Part shown: piece by piece, positions 53,305 to 64,000 of the stretch | Layout: each line of letters begins with the position of its first letter | How positions within the stretch are numbered: the first letter of the stretch is position 1 | Assembly (NCBI GenBank): GCA_951406725.2 | Contig: OX597816.1 | Coordinates: 135,346,001 to 135,410,000, forward strand | DNA length: 64,000 nucleotides | DNA from: Octopus vulgaris | Lineage: Eukaryota | Direction: 5' to 3' | Made by a program: the position numbers and the translations under genes | Notes under the pieces: model-generated | The model's database searches: none | What the model was told of the DNA's origin: nothing | What the model saw: the letters and a program-made list of their open reading frames with translations, nothing else

Positions 53305-53374
53305 ATTATATGTGTTGATAACATATCAAATTTTCTCAGTTCAACGATAGATTTAACAATTACTCCAGTAACTG

Positions 53375-53770
53375 GTTTCGAATCTTGGTCCTAGGTAAAC
53401 TGATTAGATCGATCCCCAGTGTTCAACTGGTACTTATTTTATCAAAACCCCCACCCAAAAAATAAAAGCAAAGTCGACCTTGGCGGAATTTTAATCCAGA
53501 ACGTATAAAGGCAGAAGAAATGAAAAGCCGCTAAGCGTTTTCTTCGACACGCCAACGATACTATCAACTCACCGCCTTTGTAATAATTCTTTCTATTATA
53601 GACACAGGCCTGAAACTAAAGGGGAAAGGGGTTAAGTTGTTTACATCACCTTCGGTGTTCAACTGATACTTATTTTATCGTTCCCCAAAAGGATGAAAAG
53701 CAAAGTTGGCTTCGGTGTAATTTGAACTCAGAACGTAAAGCCGTGCTAAGCATTCTGCCAACTCACCAGC
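53375..53770 (-). mobile_element. Two tandem older SINE family A copies
   Basis: -53375-53577 and -53585-53770, each with CAAAGTCGAC/GAATTTGAACTCAGAACG motifs. Confidence 0.8.
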
Positions 53771-54293
53771 TAATTGTTCCAGTTATTAAAATGATATGAT
53801 TCTCAATCTTGATCACTGTGTATAATCATCATTGCCAAGAACTGATACTTGTAGACATTCTCAGGCATTTCCTATTTAAAGGTTACCCGCAAGCTATTGT
53901 CAGTTTTTACTTACAAAGGCAAAAATCGACAAAAACTAAAAAGGACTTAGGTCACAAGTTAAGTAATGAATCAACGACCTGTTGACATAGCTGAGTAACT
54001 TCCAAGTTTTTCATCCCGTAAAATATTTCTTTTGTTTGATTAGCTTGTTTCTGTTGTGTTGCGTTAGACATGTATTGAATGAAAGTAGACGAAAGCACGT
54101 ACTTCCTAATAATCATCAAAGCTCGATGAATAATAACATAACAGCACGCTGAGTTGCATTAGTAAAGTAAATGAAAGAGATACATCCTTTATCAAGGTGT
54201 GTAGTCAGTTGGTTGATCGAATATCAAAAGTGAATTCTTCGAATTTCAAGCTTTGCCAGCTGCTACAAATAACCGGGGACATTATGCCAGAGA

Positions 54294-54630
54294 GGGTAAA
54301 GGGTAAAGACCCCCTTCGGTCATGAATGACCATGGGATTGCACCTAGAAAGTTACCCTCCTAGACACAAGTCCGGGCAAGGTTGTTTATGGAAGACCAGC
54401 AGTCGCCCATGCATACCAGCCTCCCCTCTCCACGCCACCAGTGTTATCCAAGGGAAAGACAAATGTCGATACAGCTTGGCACCAGTGACATCGCAACTCA
54501 TTTCTACAGCTGAGTGAACTGGAGCAACGTGAAATAAAGTGCCTTGCTCAAGAACACAACACCCAGCCCGGTCCGGGATTCGAGCTCACAACCTCACGAT
54601 CGTAAGCTCGACGCTCTAACCACTGAGCCG
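54294..54630 (-). mobile_element. tRNA-derived SINE, third family, with (CTTTACC)n tail
   Basis: Head GGCTCAGTGGTTAGAGCG (A box)..GAGCTCGAATCCCGG (B box), then TGTGTTCTTGAGCAAGGCACTTT; ends GGGGGTCTTTACCCTTTACCC. Confidence 0.85.
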
Positions 54631-54858
54631 GAGTAATAAATGGACCACTCAAACAGTAAAAGTTTCTTAATTCTACTCTCTGTAAAAAGGTTATTATCGA
54701 TTGCAGATCAGATCTATTCGTGAAGATTGGGAAGGTAGTAAAGGCCTGTGTTGGCATGGCCTGGATTAGAAATCAGAATAAAGAAATGTGTGTTGTTGAA
54801 AAACAAAAAAAAAGAAGTCTAATCTTTCGTATTTTTGTTTTGTTTTGTCTTTAATATA

Positions 54859-55094
54859 TATATTTCTTTATTGCCCGCAAGGGGCTAAACATAGAGGGGA
54901 CAAACACGGACAGACAAAGGGATCAAGTCGTTTACATCGACCCCAGTGCGTAACTGGTACTTAATTTATCGACCCCGAAAGGATGAAAGGCAAAGTCGAC
55001 CTCGGCGGAATTTGAACTCACAACGTAACGACAGACGAAATACGGCTACGCATTTCGCCCGGCGTGCTAACGTTTCTGCCAGCTCGCCGCCTTC
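54859..55094 (-). mobile_element. SINE family A, long-tail, young, with a perfect 17-bp TSD
   Basis: GTTTTGTCTTTAATATA at 54842-54858 and 55095-55111. Confidence 0.93.
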
Positions 55095-55289
55095 GTTTTG
55101 TCTTTAATATAGTCAGTGTTTCATCTCGCAACGAGACATTAGACATCTTTCCATTTATAGTAATCGGTTGCAATCTGGGAAGACCTAAAACTGATAAACG
55201 TAACTTTCTTCATATTCAAACTAATTGGTACAAAAAAAAAATTCCTCAACTAAAGCAATTCAATGACAATAAACAATAATCGTTTTCAA

Positions 55290-55514
55290 CGGGGTGAGTT
55301 GGCAGAATCGTTAGCATGCTTGGCGAAATGTTTAGCAGTATTTCGTCTGTCTTTATGTTCTGAGTTCAAATTCCGACGAGGTCGGCTTTTTCTTTTATCC
55401 TTTCGGGGTCGATAAATTAAGTACCAGTTACGCACTGGGGTTAATGTAATCGATTTAATCTCTGTCCTTGTTTGTCCCCTCTATGTTTAGTCCCCTGTGG
55501 GCAATAACGAAATA
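55290..55514 (+). mobile_element. SINE family A, long-tail, ~22-bp TSD
   Basis: AATAAACAATAATCGTTTTCAA / AATAAGCAATAATCATTTTCAA flanks. Confidence 0.9.
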
Positions 55515-55797
55515 AATAAGCAATAATCATTTTCAATGCAATATTAATTTAAAGTGGAGTAAATTTGATTTTATTTCTGGATACATCTTACATAAAACGT
55601 ATTTTGTGTCGAAAAGATATCAGTTGAGAAATTAATGTAAAGCGAAAATAAAAATGTCCAAAAACTGAAAGGGAGAAATAAAAATATTTTGCGTAATAAT
55701 AATAATAATCACTCTAAATTAGTTTATACATGAATGATCATGCATTACAGTGTATGTGCGGTATTGTGTGTATATATTTATTTAAGGATACACATCT

Positions 55798-55849
<52 letters not shown>

Positions 55850-56438
55850 TTTTGTTGTGTATGTAGGTTATTTCGTTGTATTAAAGTAATTGGAAAGGAC
55901 TGAAGTTTACCTAGTGTACTATAAAATATTCCAAGTGTGATGATAATCACACCCACGCACGCGCGCGCGCATACAATCAGGGATGGGGGAGGGAGTATTT
56001 TTGTAATTTTAAGACGCATTGTGAAGATATCAGTTTGTAGCACATCATTTTTGTGCAAGCAGCCCTGAACATTCGTCATAAACTACTTCTGTGGTATGTC
56101 TGTTTTATGTTTGTAGTATTTGTTTTCTCATAGATTCCTCACGCCTGCATAATCGATGCCTTTTTTTTTATCTTCATTGAAATCATAAACATTTTTGTTG
56201 TACATCATCTCTGTAACACTTTATCGACCAGACTATCGGATGTTATTATACACCATTGATCACAATGCGCTTTCAGTTCTTTCTTGATTGCGCCTTTCTT
56301 TTCCATTTTAGTTCAAATCATTTAACAAAATTGTCCTCCCATCGTTGTTGAGGCCTGCCGAGTGGTCCTGCACGAAGACGTATTTGAAAGCTACAGCAAT
56401 ACATCTTCACACAGGACGAAAAAGCCTGTAAAATATCA

Positions 56439-56654
56439 GTTTCAAATTTTAGCACGAGACCAGCAATTTCGGGAAAAGGAGTGGGTTGATTATATTTACC
56501 CCAGTGCTCGTTTGGTACTTATTTTATCAACCCCGAAAGGATGAGAGGCAAAGTCAAACTCGGCGGAATTTGAACGCATAATGTAAAGACGGGCGAAATG
56601 CCGCTAAGCATTTTACCCGGCGTGCTAACGTTTCTGCCTGCTTGCCGCCTTAAT
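56439..56654 (-). mobile_element. SINE family A, short-tail, 16-bp TSD
   Basis: AGCCTGTAAAATATCA / AGCCTATAAAATATCA flanks. Confidence 0.88.
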
Positions 56655-57299
56655 AGCCTATAAAATATCAACACAGATTAAATACTACTGAATTTTAGAG
56701 ATTTCAATTTAATTATATCTTTAAAATTTGTTTTGTTTTCAATTATCTTATATTTTTTCTCCCATAGGCTACAATCGTTGAGATTGGATAAAAAATTCAT
56801 ATTTATGGAAGAACAAGCATTTTGTTGATTATCGGGATGAACTGACAATACTTCAACTACCGAAATAGTAACAACTACAAATACATCAGCTCTAGAAGAA
56901 GAACCAAAGAATAATACTAATACCAATCCAAGAGAGAACAAAGCATTAAATCATCCGTTATTTGTGAATGTCTAGAGACAAACATTTAACATAACATTTT
57001 ACATCGCTGAAAGTAAGTATAGTCGTTAATAATTTTTTTTTATGTATTACAATAAGTCACATTCGTTCGCCATCTCTCCTCCTTCTCTACCTCCTCCTCT
57101 TCTTCTTCTTCTTCTTCTTCTTCTTCTTCTTCTTCTTCCTTCCTTCCTTCCTTCCTTCCTTCCTTCCTTCCTTCCTTTATTCATTCCTGTATTTTCTTTT
57201 TGAGTTAGCGAGTTTTTTCACCAACTTTGATCCCACAAGTTACTTAGTATTCACGCAAAGACGTATGCTTATACACATGCACACAAATTATTCATACAC

Positions 57300-57912
57300 A
57301 ACTATAGTAATTTCCCTTACTTTTTCTCTCAAAATGTATCTGTTTGTGTATATTTGGAGTAGAAAGGCGAATATATATGCGGTTGCATATTTGCTTCTTC
57401 ACCGTTCCCTCTCTCTCACTCCTTCTCCTCGACTCTCTCGTCGTTGACACGTGACGAAAGAGAATCTATCTTTCTGTCCGTTACCTTCCTAAAGACAACA
57501 CGTGGTTATACTGTCTCCTCTCATAAGCTCGTCTTCCTAGCGTTCATAATAATTTTTCTATCGTCTTGGTTTAACAGCCCTCACCGTTTGATTTTACTGT
57601 TTTGTTCTCACTGTCCTGTTCTTGTTACCACTTTCACCCTCCGCAAAAAACCGCAAATTTTATTTAATTTGCTTTGTGGGAAGGACTGTTTCAATGAAGT
57701 CGCGTATTGTCCTTGCCTTCGTAACACGGAGTACATGAAACAGGGACAACTGAAGAAGAGGAATATTCTTTATGTTGTATGTCTCGTTTCTCTGTTTTTT
57801 TTTTTGTTTTTTTTTCGTTGTTCGAAAAACAAGTGCGTTTCTATGTTTTTGTTTTCATATTTTCCTTTCTCATTGTGTTCAACGTTTTTTGATGCCCTGT
57901 ACCCATATATGC
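57300..57912 (+). mobile_element. Probable Penelope-like 3' terminal region
   Basis: Pyrimidine-rich repeat ending CCTGTACCCATATATGC next to TA-rich microsatellite; the same ending occurs at ~35040-35100. Confidence 0.4.
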
Positions 57913-59099
57913 ATGTATATATACATATATATGTAGGTATGTACATATATGTATATATATATGCATATATTTATATATTATTTATATTATATTATATATA
58001 TATATATATATGCGCGCACGCGTGTGTCTGCATGCATGTATGTATGTATGTATGTATGTATGTATGTATGTATGTATGTATGTATGTATGTATGCATGCA
58101 TGTATGTATGCGTGATAGTCGCCCAATATCACCAGCTTAGAAATTTCCAGCAAAGCCACTTCTAAACTTGTATAATTGATGAAGTGAAAGGTCAGCTTCA
58201 ATGCCTGTAGGTTGATGGGCTTTAAGAAAAACGTGAATCCCAAAATTTTATGATATTGGAGCAGCATTGAGCATTCTGAGGGTGGTTGGGGAATGTTTAG
58301 TGCGAGTTCAGGGAAGTGAGACACAGTAATGGTGACAAGAAAAGGAAACAAAGATAGGCATGGATGGAAGTGGTAGGCTGTTAGTTAATTCAGACAAGCA
58401 AAGATCATTGTTGTAGTAGTAGTAGAAGAGACAAAGGGAAGAAATAATGTCTGTTAGCTACTGACTGCGACGTGTGGGTGATTGAGGTTCAATCGAATGG
58501 CTTTCTTTACTATGTGATCGAGAATGTTAGAGTGTGTGACACTGTCCCAAACATGTAATCAATACTTTGATGTATTTCAACCTAATCATCAAAACTGAAG
58601 TATGTCCCAAATTTTAAAATGAAAATTCTTGTATTTATGATGAGGTTTTGACAGTGTGTATGAATGTATGCATGTATGTATGTATGTATGTATGTATGTA
58701 TGTATGTATGTATGTATGTATGTATATGTGTGTGTGTGCGTGTATGCGTTTGTTCGCGGACGTGCATTTGTATATATAAACCAGAGGTTGTGAGGTGAAA
58801 CACCTAAAGTAACTTTTATGGTTTTTGTTGCTATTCATGAGGTTTTGTGATCGTCGTCGCCGTCGTTGTTGTTGCTTATCTTTAGGTCAATCTTGATTAA
58901 GTAAACCTATGATCAAAGCCATTCAAGCCATGACCATCCCGTTTTTCTTTTCTTCCGACACATTCTCCAAGGTGTCTCTTTTTAAGAGTGCAGGATGTAA
59001 TATGAGGCAGTTTTTTGATGTTACACAGTTAACTAAGTGTTTGTGCTCTTGAAAGAAACTAGGTTGTCACGTTCAAATTAAACGGTGCTCTTAAGATCT

Positions 59100-59660
59100 A
59101 TCTGTGTATATTTGGTGTGCGGTGTTTCGGTTTGTCTGTGGGTAGCTTCTACCTGAGGAATGTTAAAGGAGTGTGTGCTGCTAGATGTGATAGTGTGTTG
59201 GTTGTTAATGTGTACTCTTGTGTGGTGATACGACTAAACATTGAATGCATCAGAGTGAATAGCTGCAACGATGCGGTCTCCTTGCTAGGAAACCGAGTCC
59301 AGAAATGAGAGACTAGTAAATACAACAGACGGGAAATTTAGCTAGGCGGTTAAAATGGCAGACATGACCGAAAGTTTTACCAATGTCATGTGAAACGGTA
59401 TTGTTTCCGCCAATGTTTTCGAAGACCAAAACCATTAGTGAATGCCATAGAAAGAAAATCACTAGTAGATTTAGTTCTAGGTAAGCTATACGGGTGGACA
59501 CTGAGTGGAGTCAAGAACTGAAAGTGATGACGGAAATAATTTTAAACAACTCTTTCTATGACTTTTTAAATATTGGGGGAGCGATAGATTGGTTTCTTCC
59601 ATAATCTTAGAGATTGCAAGGATGGAGTGACACTGTAGCGATTTCCAAAAATTGGCATAT
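59100..59660 (-). mobile_element. CR1/Jockey-group LINE reverse-transcriptase fossil; endonuclease-like remnant at ~58105-58500
   Basis: ILAISKIMEE, YSLPRTKSTSDFL (cf. YGFR..RSTGDLL), VSHDIGKTFGHVCH..LAKFP (cf. VALDISKAFDRVWH..LLSKLP); LVILGDYHA (cf. APE ILGDFNA) near 58110. Confidence 0.55.
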
Positions 59661-59662
59661 AC

Positions 59663-59721
<59 letters not shown>

Positions 59722-59929
59722 GTCAGGAAAAGTCAGAAGTTAGCTCTGGAGTGTAGTGTTTCAGGATAATTTTAGGATGTTTAACCCCACCCAGCTCGGC
59801 TTTCATCGTGAAAATTTATGATCAATGTCATTCATTCATGCTTTTAATGTCTTTTCTTCCGAAATAGTATACTCCAGACCACATTATTCAATCTCTTCTT
59901 TATTTTAGAACAATAACGTATAATTTGTG

Positions 59930-60180
59930 AAGGTACGTGACATAGTGGTTAGGGTATTGCACCCATGAGTGTAAGATCGTGGTTTTGATTCCCGGACCGG
60001 GCAGTGATTTGTGTTCTTGAGTAAAACACTTCATTTCCTTTTACTCCAGTCCACTCAATTATAAACGAGTTCTAGCAATTGCTGGGAAGTAAACCCTGCG
60101 AGGGACCGGTGTCCCGTTCAGGGGGCGGGTACTTTTGTAACGGGTAAGCTCCGGCCTTGTGGGTCCTAGGGCTCATGAAA
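59930..60180 (+). mobile_element. tRNA-derived SINE with V-domain-like body
   Basis: TAGTGGTTAGGG..TTGATTCCCGGACCGGG..TGTGTTCTTGAGTAAAACACTT head shared with the 54294 family; AACCCTGCGAGGGACCGGTGTCCCGTTCAGGGG..TAAGCTCCGGCC resembles the V-SINE domain. Confidence 0.6.
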
Positions 60181-60982
60181 GACCCTAAGGTACAGTTTGG
60201 GGGAGATTTAGATGCCATGGAGGAAGGTTACGGGACCGTTTTTAGTAGTCTAAGATAGGTTGAGGTAAAAACATGGTTGGCATAGAACTAGTGAATCTCC
60301 ACCCGGTTAGCTGACTCAAACTACCAAAGTATTCGGGGTGGGAGTACTATGAAGGAAGATGTGTAGTGTATAGTTTTAATTATGCAGGAAGCAATATATA
60401 GATTCTTTACGTGTTTGTGTGAGTGTACACGGGCGTGCACACACGTGCATATAATACATATATCGACATATATCTATGTATATTGAAAGCTGCTTATTGT
60501 GAACATTCTGGGATGGAACGTTTGGGATGGAACATTCTGGGATGGAACGTTTTGCATTGAAAACAAAGAAACATTTGTATTCCTATCTTCTATTTTTATT
60601 AATTTATCTATTTATATATTTATTGTTTCTTAATAACTCCGAGAATATGTATTATTAAAGAAAGAGATAGGAAGGAAGGATAAGAAGTGAGTAACCAATT
60701 GAAAACAGTGTTAATAGGTGGCTAGTAGCCAGAGTAATACACAATTGTGTGAGTGTACATACACTCACATCCGACTGTTCATCTCCCAAAAGATTCATGC
60801 TTTAAACTATTACCGGTTGTTTGTCTGATCATTCTTTCTTTCTAGTGTTCATGTACTCGCTCAATGATAAACCACTTATAGCCATTCATTGCTAGACAGC
60901 AACAACACCACTTATGGTTTTCGTCCTAGTTCAAGCCGGTGTTCTAGGTGGTGAGTCAACTTGAACATACATACATACACAC

Positions 60983-61440
60983 GTCAAATGTAAACATAAC
61001 AGACCAGATATTGTTGTTTGGGACAGAGGGGCAAAGACATGTACCATCATAGAGGTCAGCTAATCAGCAGATATAAACAACTCTTTGAAAATCAAAGTAA
61101 AAGAGGATATCTGTGGACAACTGTTTCGAAACCTCCAGCTTTTATATCCAGATTATGAATTCATATTCATACCAATAATAATTGGAGCATTAGGTTTTGT
61201 TAATAAATGCTTAAATGAGAATCTGGATAAACTGGGATTATCAGAAAAAGAAATCAACCGGCTAATTCGTACATTACAAGTGCAGTGTGTGAGTGGAACA
61301 GTGAAAATATGCAAGACTTTTCTCAAGTTTCAAATGTGAATTTGTCTGTGTTAACTACATCCCAAAGATGGAACCTTGTATCTTTGTTGGAAACAGGCTC
61401 CCTCCTCAATGGAAGGTTTATATTTAAAAAATAGAAGATT
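60983..61440 (+). mobile_element. RLE-type (R4/Dong-like) retrotransposon 3' end with intact 3' UTR, (CATA)n on both sides
   Basis: VKCKHNRPDIVVWDRGAKTCTIIEVS*SADIN..KIKVKEDICGQL..IPIIIGALGFV..SGTVKICKTFLKFQM* (stop 61339), ~100-nt UTR, then CATACATA; 5' flank CATACATACATAC. Confidence 0.9.
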
Positions 61441-61576
61441 CATACATACACACACACACATACTTACATACATACATACATACATACATGCATACACGCA
61501 TACATGCATACATGCATACATACATACATGCATGCATACATACATACATACATACATACATACATACATACATACA

Positions 61577-61610
<34 letters not shown>

Positions 61611-63507
61611 CATACATGTAAATGCAAACGTGGTTGAGCAGTTAAGAATTTCGCTTTGCGATTCCGTGGATTTGCGTTTGGTTTCATTTGGGCAAGTGCT
61701 TTATTCTTTAGCGCTGGACCTACCAATGCCTTGTGAGTAAATTTGATAAGCAGAAAATAGGCGAAAGCCCATTTCGTGTGTGTGTGTGTCCGCGCGCCCG
61801 CGAACATACATATATGTGTATGTGTGTGGTGTTTGTATGTGTATGTACATTTTTTTATCCTTCTTGTTAGTACGGTTTGGTGTCAAAGCGCACGCATATA
61901 TCTCTGCGTGTGTGTGTACGTGTGTGCTTGCGCATGCGTGTGCATGCATGTGTGTGTGTGCATGCGTGTGTGCATGCATGCGTGTGTGCATGCATGCGTG
62001 TGTGTTTGTGCATTTGCGCGCGTGTGCGTATACGTGCGTGTGCATGTGTGCGCGCGCATCGCGCACGCGTAAGAGAGAAAGAGAGACAAATTACGATAAA
62101 CACAAATTTTTATTTGATCTTGGTTGTTTGGAACTCTGCACTGAATGTTCCAAGTTTAATTGGATGCATAAATATTAGTGTGTATGTATGTATGTATGTA
62201 TGTATGTATGTATGTATGTATGTATGTATGTATGTTTGTATGTATGTATGTATGTAGTGTATGCGAGTGTGTGCAGAGAGTGTGAGAGTCGAACTATGCA
62301 CATATTTATATTAACACATCCATAAGCAATCGCATTCATAAGTATGTACTTACGTATAAATCAGTGAATGCGTGTTTGTGTGTGTGTTCATACATATATA
62401 CATACAGACGCGTATTTTTGATCTATGATTCTTATATAGACACAGTCTGAGGATCTTTCAAGGATGGGAAACTGTGATATGTTCCCGATGGTGTCCAGGG
62501 CATTAATGGCATTGAGTAGAATGAAATAGCGCCAACCAGGAATAAAGGGAAACCAAATTGATGCGAAAGAGACGGTCTGGAGGGATTCAAATCTACACCA
62601 CTTGGTTAACGCCCTACCATTGGTTTAAACATAATTTTATTTTGTTTTAATATATTGTAGTTTTTAATTTCTCGTATTTCTTCTGATATTTTTTACTAAT
62701 TATTTTGCATTTTGAGAATTAATTTCCCCCAAAACTGTTCTGCTGACGTTTTAATTTGATATGAGTCACATAACTACACTCGGTGCATATTCGCTATTTT
62801 GTTTCTTTTTATTTAACTTCTTGGGTATTTTTAGAAGTGGCATTAGTTAGGGAAACTTAATGTATTTTCCATGTGATGCTGTTGTGTGTTTTGGATTGGA
62901 ATATATTTAGATATTCGAATCGATTAATTGGGTAGACGCTGTTTAATGTGTGTGGTGGGTATTTGATATAAAAAATATTAATGCAGGCCACCAACATTTC
63001 TGGTGTTGGTTATGAAGGATTTGTCAAATAGCGTGGCGCAAATAATTCCTTGTAGAGGCATTGTCTCTATTCCTTTGGCTCTTACTCATTTCAGGGGCAC
63101 CACCTTGATGGGCTTTGTCGAACAAATCGACCCCAGTATGTATTTTTTAAAAGTCTTGCACTTATTCTATCGGTCTCTTATGTCGAACTGTTAAGTCACG
63201 AGGATGTAAACAAACCAACACCGGTTGCCAAGAGGTATTGAGGACACGCACCATCACCTACGCACACATAGAACGTAAAGAGCCACAAGAAATGCCGCTA
63301 AGCATTGTATCCCTCTCGCCAACGATTCTACAGGCTCGCTGCCATTATGTATGTAATATATATAATGTAAGAAATGTATGTATGTATACCAGTCATGAGC
63401 AACCTGCGGTCCGCGGGACTTTCTTTCTGAATAGTGCGGCTAATGAGATATTGGCTTCAGGTTTTGGCAGAATGCCTGCAATTTCGGGGTATAAGGTAAG
63501 CCGATTA

Positions 63508-63992
63508 CCGTAAATCCTCGAGTATAATCCGCATTTTTTCCCCAAAATTTAAAGGTCAAAATCCCTAGTGCGTACTATACACGAGGTTAAAAATGAAATT
63601 TATTTTCTAAGCAATGTTCGAGACTCTATTTGCTGTCCGGCAAGGTTTATTCAGACGCATTAAGCTAAGCCTGAAAGCAATGAAATCATAAAAGAATCAT
63701 CCATAACTTGCAATAAGCAACATTTATTAAACATTATTACTGTTATTTCTTTATTTTCTGCTAACAAAATGCACAAAAAGGCTACACGTTTGCATTATGT
63801 TATATATACAATAATAATAAAGGACGTTACCGTATACATTTTTACAAACCAAGGATGTTATATAGACCTCCTTGGGTCAAGTTAGAGAAGGGGTGCGTAT
63901 TATACACAAGGTTTAGGTTTTTCAGAGGTACAGCCTTCTAAAAATCCTCTGCGTATTATACTCAAGGGTGGACTATACTCGAAGATTTACGG
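63508..63992. mobile_element. CCGTA-ended MITE copy 2, inserted in a SINE A with TA duplication
   Basis: TA|CCGTAAATCCTCGAGTATA ... TATACTCGAAGATTTACGG|TA; removing it restores SINE A sequence GTAAGCCGAT-TA-CATC. Confidence 0.92.
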
Positions 63993-64000
63993 TACATCAA

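Noticed and set aside
54560-54630. tRNA gene
   Set aside because: A and B boxes are present but there is no acceptor stem, and the sequence continues into a SINE body and tail.
57444-58115. Longest ORF in the track (223 aa)
   Set aside because: Runs through a pyrimidine-rich repeat terminus into microsatellite; low-complexity hydrophobic translation with no domain.
60501-60552. Short tandem GGGATGGAAC repeats; also a 30-bp duplication at 42899-42958
   Set aside because: Local slippage duplications with no further structure.

Overview
AT-rich, microsatellite-saturated eukaryotic DNA. The SINE families and repeat landscape point to an octopod cephalopod (Octopus-like; inference, not verified). 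No host protein-coding gene can be called with confidence, and most ORFs in the track are microsatellite artefacts. The window is a transposon graveyard: many copies of two tRNA-derived SINE families plus rarer SINEs, decayed mariner, pogo-PHD, hAT and Helitron elements and MITEs, a solo LTR, Gypsy gag-protease and CR1-like RT fossils, restriction-like-endonuclease (R4/Dong-type) retrotransposon ends, and Penelope-like termini. Most notable: (1) an R4/Dong-like family whose two copies both join (CATA)n microsatellites; (2) minimal type I hammerhead ribozyme motifs in Penelope-like termini, one inside a perfect 74-bp-arm palindrome; (3) a SINE 3' tail shared with a LINE-like 3' end lodged in (TATC)n, plus a recurrent SINE-in-SINE dimer; (4) several resolvable nested insertions; (5) two orphan exon-like segments. 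Coordinates of degenerate repeats are approximate.
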